From Candidatus Fraserbacteria bacterium (lineage in GTDB: Bacteria; Bipolaricaulota; Bipolaricaulia; RBG-16-55-9; JAJCYT01), in NCBI GenBank assembly GCA_029262795.1, contig JAJCYT010000018.1:103982-167981 (forward strand): a stretch of 64,000 bases of DNA, read 5' to 3'. Made by a program: the position numbers and the translations under genes. Below, piece after piece: positions 60,829-64,000 of the stretch. Positions within the stretch are counted from its first letter, which is position 1, and the number at the start of each line of letters is the position of its first letter. Below the pieces are notes generated by a model that saw only the letters and a list, made by a program, of their open reading frames with translations, searched no databases and was not told the DNA's origin.

Positions 60829-63543
60829 TTAGTTCAGCACCAATAGTTTTTGGATTTGGCTACGCCAAGTTCCGTTTGCAGTTTGAGCCGTGACCACATA
60901 GAAGTATGTGCCATTGGCCAAGCGTTGTCCCCGTTGGTCTTGCAAGCTGAAACGCAAGGTTGTGCCAGCGTTCCGCTGTGAAAATTTCATCTGACCATTT
61001 AAGTCAAAAAGTTGAATTTGTATCGACATGACATGCCCAAGCACCCGAAGCTCTCGCTCCATTGGGCTGGGCGAAGTCATTTGAATAGATAGGCTGGTTG
61101 AACGGGACAGTTGAATTGCAGATGACGGTCTGGTACTGGTGCATTTTAATGCATTGAATTCAGACAGGCGCTTGCCGGTAATCCATGTTTCTGTGAGCTG
61201 CTTGATCAAACAGTCGTTGATGCTGGCATTGGCTTCAGGCACCTTCTCACCTTGAGTCCAATAGGCAATCGCAATTTGAATTTCCACATCGTTGATCAAA
61301 TCATCCTTATTAAGATCCAATGCCAGGTGAATCGGCAGTACTTGTGGTGTAGGAGAAGGTGACGGAGATGGCGACGGCCCTGAAGGCGTTGCCACATCTA
61401 TTTCAGCCTGGCCAAAATTGCCTTGACCATCAGGCACAATCACACGGATGCGATACCCTGCTGGATCAGGCTGACCAAAGCTGACGGTGATCTCATCCCC
61501 AAAGATAGGATTGCCACTGCTGTTGAACAGACGCTCGAAATTGGCTTCGATACCATCATTGAGGTCGTTGGCATACCACTCAAAGTTTAATGGATTGAGT
61601 GTGTCACCGTCAGGGTCTACAACTTCAACACTCAGTCTGACTGAATACACCGCGCCTGGCATCGGCGCGATTTGCTCCAGCATCAAATTGACTGATGGTG
61701 CCTGGTTGGGCACTTCTTCTTCATCACCTTCACAAGGCTCGGTGATGCTAAAAGGCCTTTGGTTGCTTAACAGCTCTGGGTCACCAGGGTTGCGAACCTG
61801 AATAAACCTCAATCCGCAGGTGCTGCCCAAAGGAATTTCAAAGCGAAGGTTGGTGTTGTCCACAAAATCGGATTCAATGACTGCACCACCAAACAGAATT
61901 TCTGAATCTTCTTTAAAACCAGAACCATGCACAATCACGATGCTGCCAGGATTTGCACTGTTGCCTGGGAACACATCATTGATCTGAGGTCGAATCGTGA
62001 ATGGTGGTGGTTGCACCACACACAAAACAGGAAACTCTATGGAATTGCTAATGGCACCAGGATTACGGAATCGGGTGTTTATTAAATTGGGATTTTGGAC
62101 TTCAATCGTATGTGCACCGCACTCGGCATCATCCGGCACGGTGAACGTCACTTCGTGAATGTTGTTCACCGTGGTTTCAACAACAACCCCATCGAACAAC
62201 ACCACTGAAGGATTGATCAATCCAGGCAGTGGCGAAGGCACACGAAAGCCTGTGCCTGTAATCGTCACCTCCACCCCTGGGCCACCTGACCCTGGTGTGA
62301 TTGAAGTAATAGCCAAAGGTTCTGGTTCTGGTTGTTCTTCAGTTGGCGGTGGCAGTGGAGATTCTGATAAAGATGCTTTTCGTTGTGAACTGTTGCCATC
62401 CGTGATGCGTTCACTGGACGCTTGATGATCAACCGGCTCCCCAGCATCCTCGCCAAGCCCGATGCTGCTGAGGTGTTCACCAACCGCATCCTCATACGTG
62501 AGTGAAAGCGTCCATTCGCAGGTAAAGCAGAAGGGCACCCATGTCAGATCAAGGGTGACACTTACATCCAGGCCAGAGAAAAACAGCTTTTCAAAATCGT
62601 AAGCCAGCTCAGCCGCATCCTGCATCGTCATCCCATTGGCCCAATTCTGCATAAACACAATGGGGCTGAGCAGCGTGTAATAGTTCAATTGATCAGGCGC
62701 ATTCACAGATAAAGCGCCCAGTTCCAAAAACACATCGTTGAAATCCTTGCCGCCACAGTTGACAAGATACACGCCGTTTAAGCGCATCGGCTCGCCGTTA
62801 TTGATCGTGCGAAAATCATCCACCCCATAGGGTCGACTGAAAAAACCATTGCTGTTAAAACTATCTGAAAAAGCGACATAGGGACCGTCAGGGCAGGCAG
62901 CAGCCTCGAGATTATTAAACCCGTACGGCCCCCTGCCGCATCCATGAAGATTGATGAGTAAATCGATGAAGTAACCTTCGTTATGAAGATTTTCTAGAGT
63001 TTGTTTGAAATTGTCGAAGGTGGCATCGTCGTCGGCCAGCACTTCCACACGGTCATAGTGCGGCTCGGCAATTTGGCGCAAACATTCCGCCACAAAGGCC
63101 TCGCCAAATCGTTCGCGAAAGATGGGCAACGGATCGACATTGTCTTCTCGGCTTTGCTTCAGAGTGGCCCCAATGCCTTCGGACAAATCTGCCAAACAAC
63201 GGTTGAGTCCAACCGTCGAATCATCAGCATTGTCTGCCAGCATGGTGAACATCCCGCCAAACACTTCATCAGCAACAAAAGACACCGCATTGGCAGCGGT
63301 ATCAATGATTACCTGAAGTTCATCTGGTGCATTGATTAAATCAGACACACTGAAACCAGTCAGGGCTTCAAAGAAATCAGAAAATGTTACGCTAAAGGAT
63401 TGTTGTGTGTTGTCGTCCACCACAATCAACATCGCGGTGGGCGGCTTTTCCTGTGAAAGTGCGGCAGGAACCAACGGTCCGAAAAACACCAGGATAAAAA
63501 ATCCTGCGGTCAACGTGAACCATCTCAAACGGTCCATGGTCAC
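60829..63543 (-). CDS. large secreted surface protein, paralogue of 58056..60818 in its C-terminal ~500 aa, with a distinct N-terminal domain
   Basis: 904 aa with a signal peptide. IPT-like ITSITPGSGGPGVEVTITGTGF. LNPLNFEWYANDLNDGIEANFERLFN is almost identical to the neighbouring gene product. It has the same SPSPSPSP linker, WITG module and C-terminus (ANGTYFYVVTAQTANGTWRSQIQKLLVLN). Confidence 0.7.
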   Translation of the reverse strand: MTMDRLRWFTLTAGFFILVFFGPLVPAALSQEKPPTAMLIVVDDNTQQSFSVTFSDFFEALTGFSVSDLINAPDELQVIIDTAANAVSFVADEVFGGMFTMLADNADDSTVGLNRCLADLSEGIGATLKQSREDNVDPLPIFRERFGEAFVAECLRQIAEPHYDRVEVLADDDATFDNFKQTLENLHNEGYFIDLLINLHGCGRGPYGFNNLEAAACPDGPYVAFSDSFNSNGFFSRPYGVDDFRTINNGEPMRLNGVYLVNCGGKDFNDVFLELGALSVNAPDQLNYYTLLSPIVFMQNWANGMTMQDAAELAYDFEKLFFSGLDVSVTLDLTWVPFCFTCEWTLSLTYEDAVGEHLSSIGLGEDAGEPVDHQASSERITDGNSSQRKASLSESPLPPPTEEQPEPEPLAITSITPGSGGPGVEVTITGTGFRVPSPLPGLINPSVVLFDGVVVETTVNNIHEVTFTVPDDAECGAHTIEVQNPNLINTRFRNPGAISNSIEFPVLCVVQPPPFTIRPQINDVFPGNSANPGSIVIVHGSGFKEDSEILFGGAVIESDFVDNTNLRFEIPLGSTCGLRFIQVRNPGDPELLSNQRPFSITEPCEGDEEEVPNQAPSVNLMLEQIAPMPGAVYSVRLSVEVVDPDGDTLNPLNFEWYANDLNDGIEANFERLFNSSGNPIFGDEITVSFGQPDPAGYRIRVIVPDGQGNFGQAEIDVATPSGPSPSPSPSPTPQVLPIHLALDLNKDDLINDVEIQIAIAYWTQGEKVPEANASINDCLIKQLTETWITGKRLSEFNALKCTSTRPSSAIQLSRSTSLSIQMTSPSPMERELRVLGHVMSIQIQLFDLNGQMKFSQRNAGTTLRFSLQDQRGQRLANGTYFYVVTAQTANGTWRSQIQKLLVLN

Positions 63544-63743
63544 AAATACCCCCTTGTCATATTAAACATCGTGAAAGACTTACCCCAATACCAAAGTTTT
63601 CACGATTGCTTGATCTTCGGAATCAGCCTAAGCCAATAGCGTGAGGAAAACGTGAGGTCATGGCCTCATGTTTTGTAAAAACTCATTTCGGAAGGGGATT
63701 TGATCTATAATAATTCTCAGTTCACTGGGGGTTAAAGGTAAAG

Positions 63744-64000
63744 ATGAGCGGGGTAAAAATTTCTCTGTTGGGCGGCTTTCAACTGGAAGTCCATCAACAG
63801 ATCATTTCAAGATTGGAAAGCCGTAAGGTCGAATCCCTATTGGCTTTTCTTGTGATGTATCAAGACCGACCCCATACACGGGAGGTCTTGGTCGGCATGT
63901 TTTGGCCGGACATGCCTGAAACCAAAGCCAAAGCCAACCTGCGTCGCGCCCTTTACGTCATCCGAAAAGCCCTGAAAAATCAGCAGGACCACATCCTTAC
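63744..64000 (+). CDS. SARP/AfsR-type (OmpR-like winged-helix + BTAD) transcriptional regulator, 5' part only
   Basis: My translation from ATG 63744 gives MSGVKISLLGGFQLEVHQQIISRLESRKVESLLAFLVMYQDRPHTREVLVGMFWPDMPETKAKANLRRALYVIRKAL. This is the characteristic SARP N-terminus. It runs off the window. Confidence 0.7.
   Translation, partial: MSGVKISLLGGFQLEVHQQIISRLESRKVESLLAFLVMYQDRPHTREVLVGMFWPDMPETKAKANLRRALYVIRKALKNQQDHIL

Noticed and set aside
1-64000. Search for tRNA, rRNA, tmRNA, SRP RNA or RNase P RNA, riboswitch cores, integrases, transposases and prophage genes.
   Set aside because: I recognised none by eye in the intergenic regions or in the ORF translations. Structured RNAs cannot be excluded without a covariance-model scan.

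Overview
Gene-dense 64-kb chromosomal segment with about 47 CDS. I recognised no rRNA, tRNA, CRISPR array, transposase or integrase. The source looks like a diderm, probably uncultivated bacterium: Tat, Sec and lipobox signals are present, and the secretome is rich in LamG, TPR, IPT and RTX domains. The taxon cannot be fixed from the sequence alone. All functional calls come from reading motifs in the supplied translations or my own; no database search was run.

Layout, left to right:
(i) 1-5843, minus strand: an acid-catabolism-like block with two tandem aldehyde dehydrogenases, a PaaK-like adenylating ligase translationally coupled to a 62-aa ORF, an isochorismatase-like hydrolase and a Tat-signal LivJ-type binding protein. 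An 845-bp AT-rich non-coding gap follows, then CBS/ACT and USP genes.
(ii) 8258-20065, plus strand: a GntR-headed peptide uptake and processing operon. Five enzymes sit between the two ABC permease genes, and no ABC ATPase is encoded.
(iii) A secreted Zn-metallopeptidase and a Sec-signal RTX-repeat protein.
(iv) 23401-31300: an ECF sigma factor whose gene overlaps that of a soluble Ser/Thr-kinase-STAND(P-loop)-TPR protein. Three paralogous lipoprotein cassettes follow, each with an exactly spaced 99-nt conserved upstream element and its own terminator. This is my top candidate for an undescribed system.
(v) 31418-53887: an envelope glycan island. Its core is a 10-gene minus-strand operon chained by ATGA/GTGA stop-start overlaps. 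It encodes a GtrB/DPM1-like GT2 with a C-terminal MshEN-like (c-di-GMP receptor) motif pair, a flippase-GT4 fusion, two very large polytopic membrane proteins, a P-loop kinase and ManC. LamG proteins, a PhoD-LamG fusion and two tail-anchored paralogues flank it.
(vi) A LarA-like, beta-hydroxyacid dehydrogenase and PfkB kinase trio.
(vii) Two ~900-aa paralogous IPT/Ig-rich surface proteins with a shared C-terminal sorting-like domain, and the 5' end of a SARP-type regulator.
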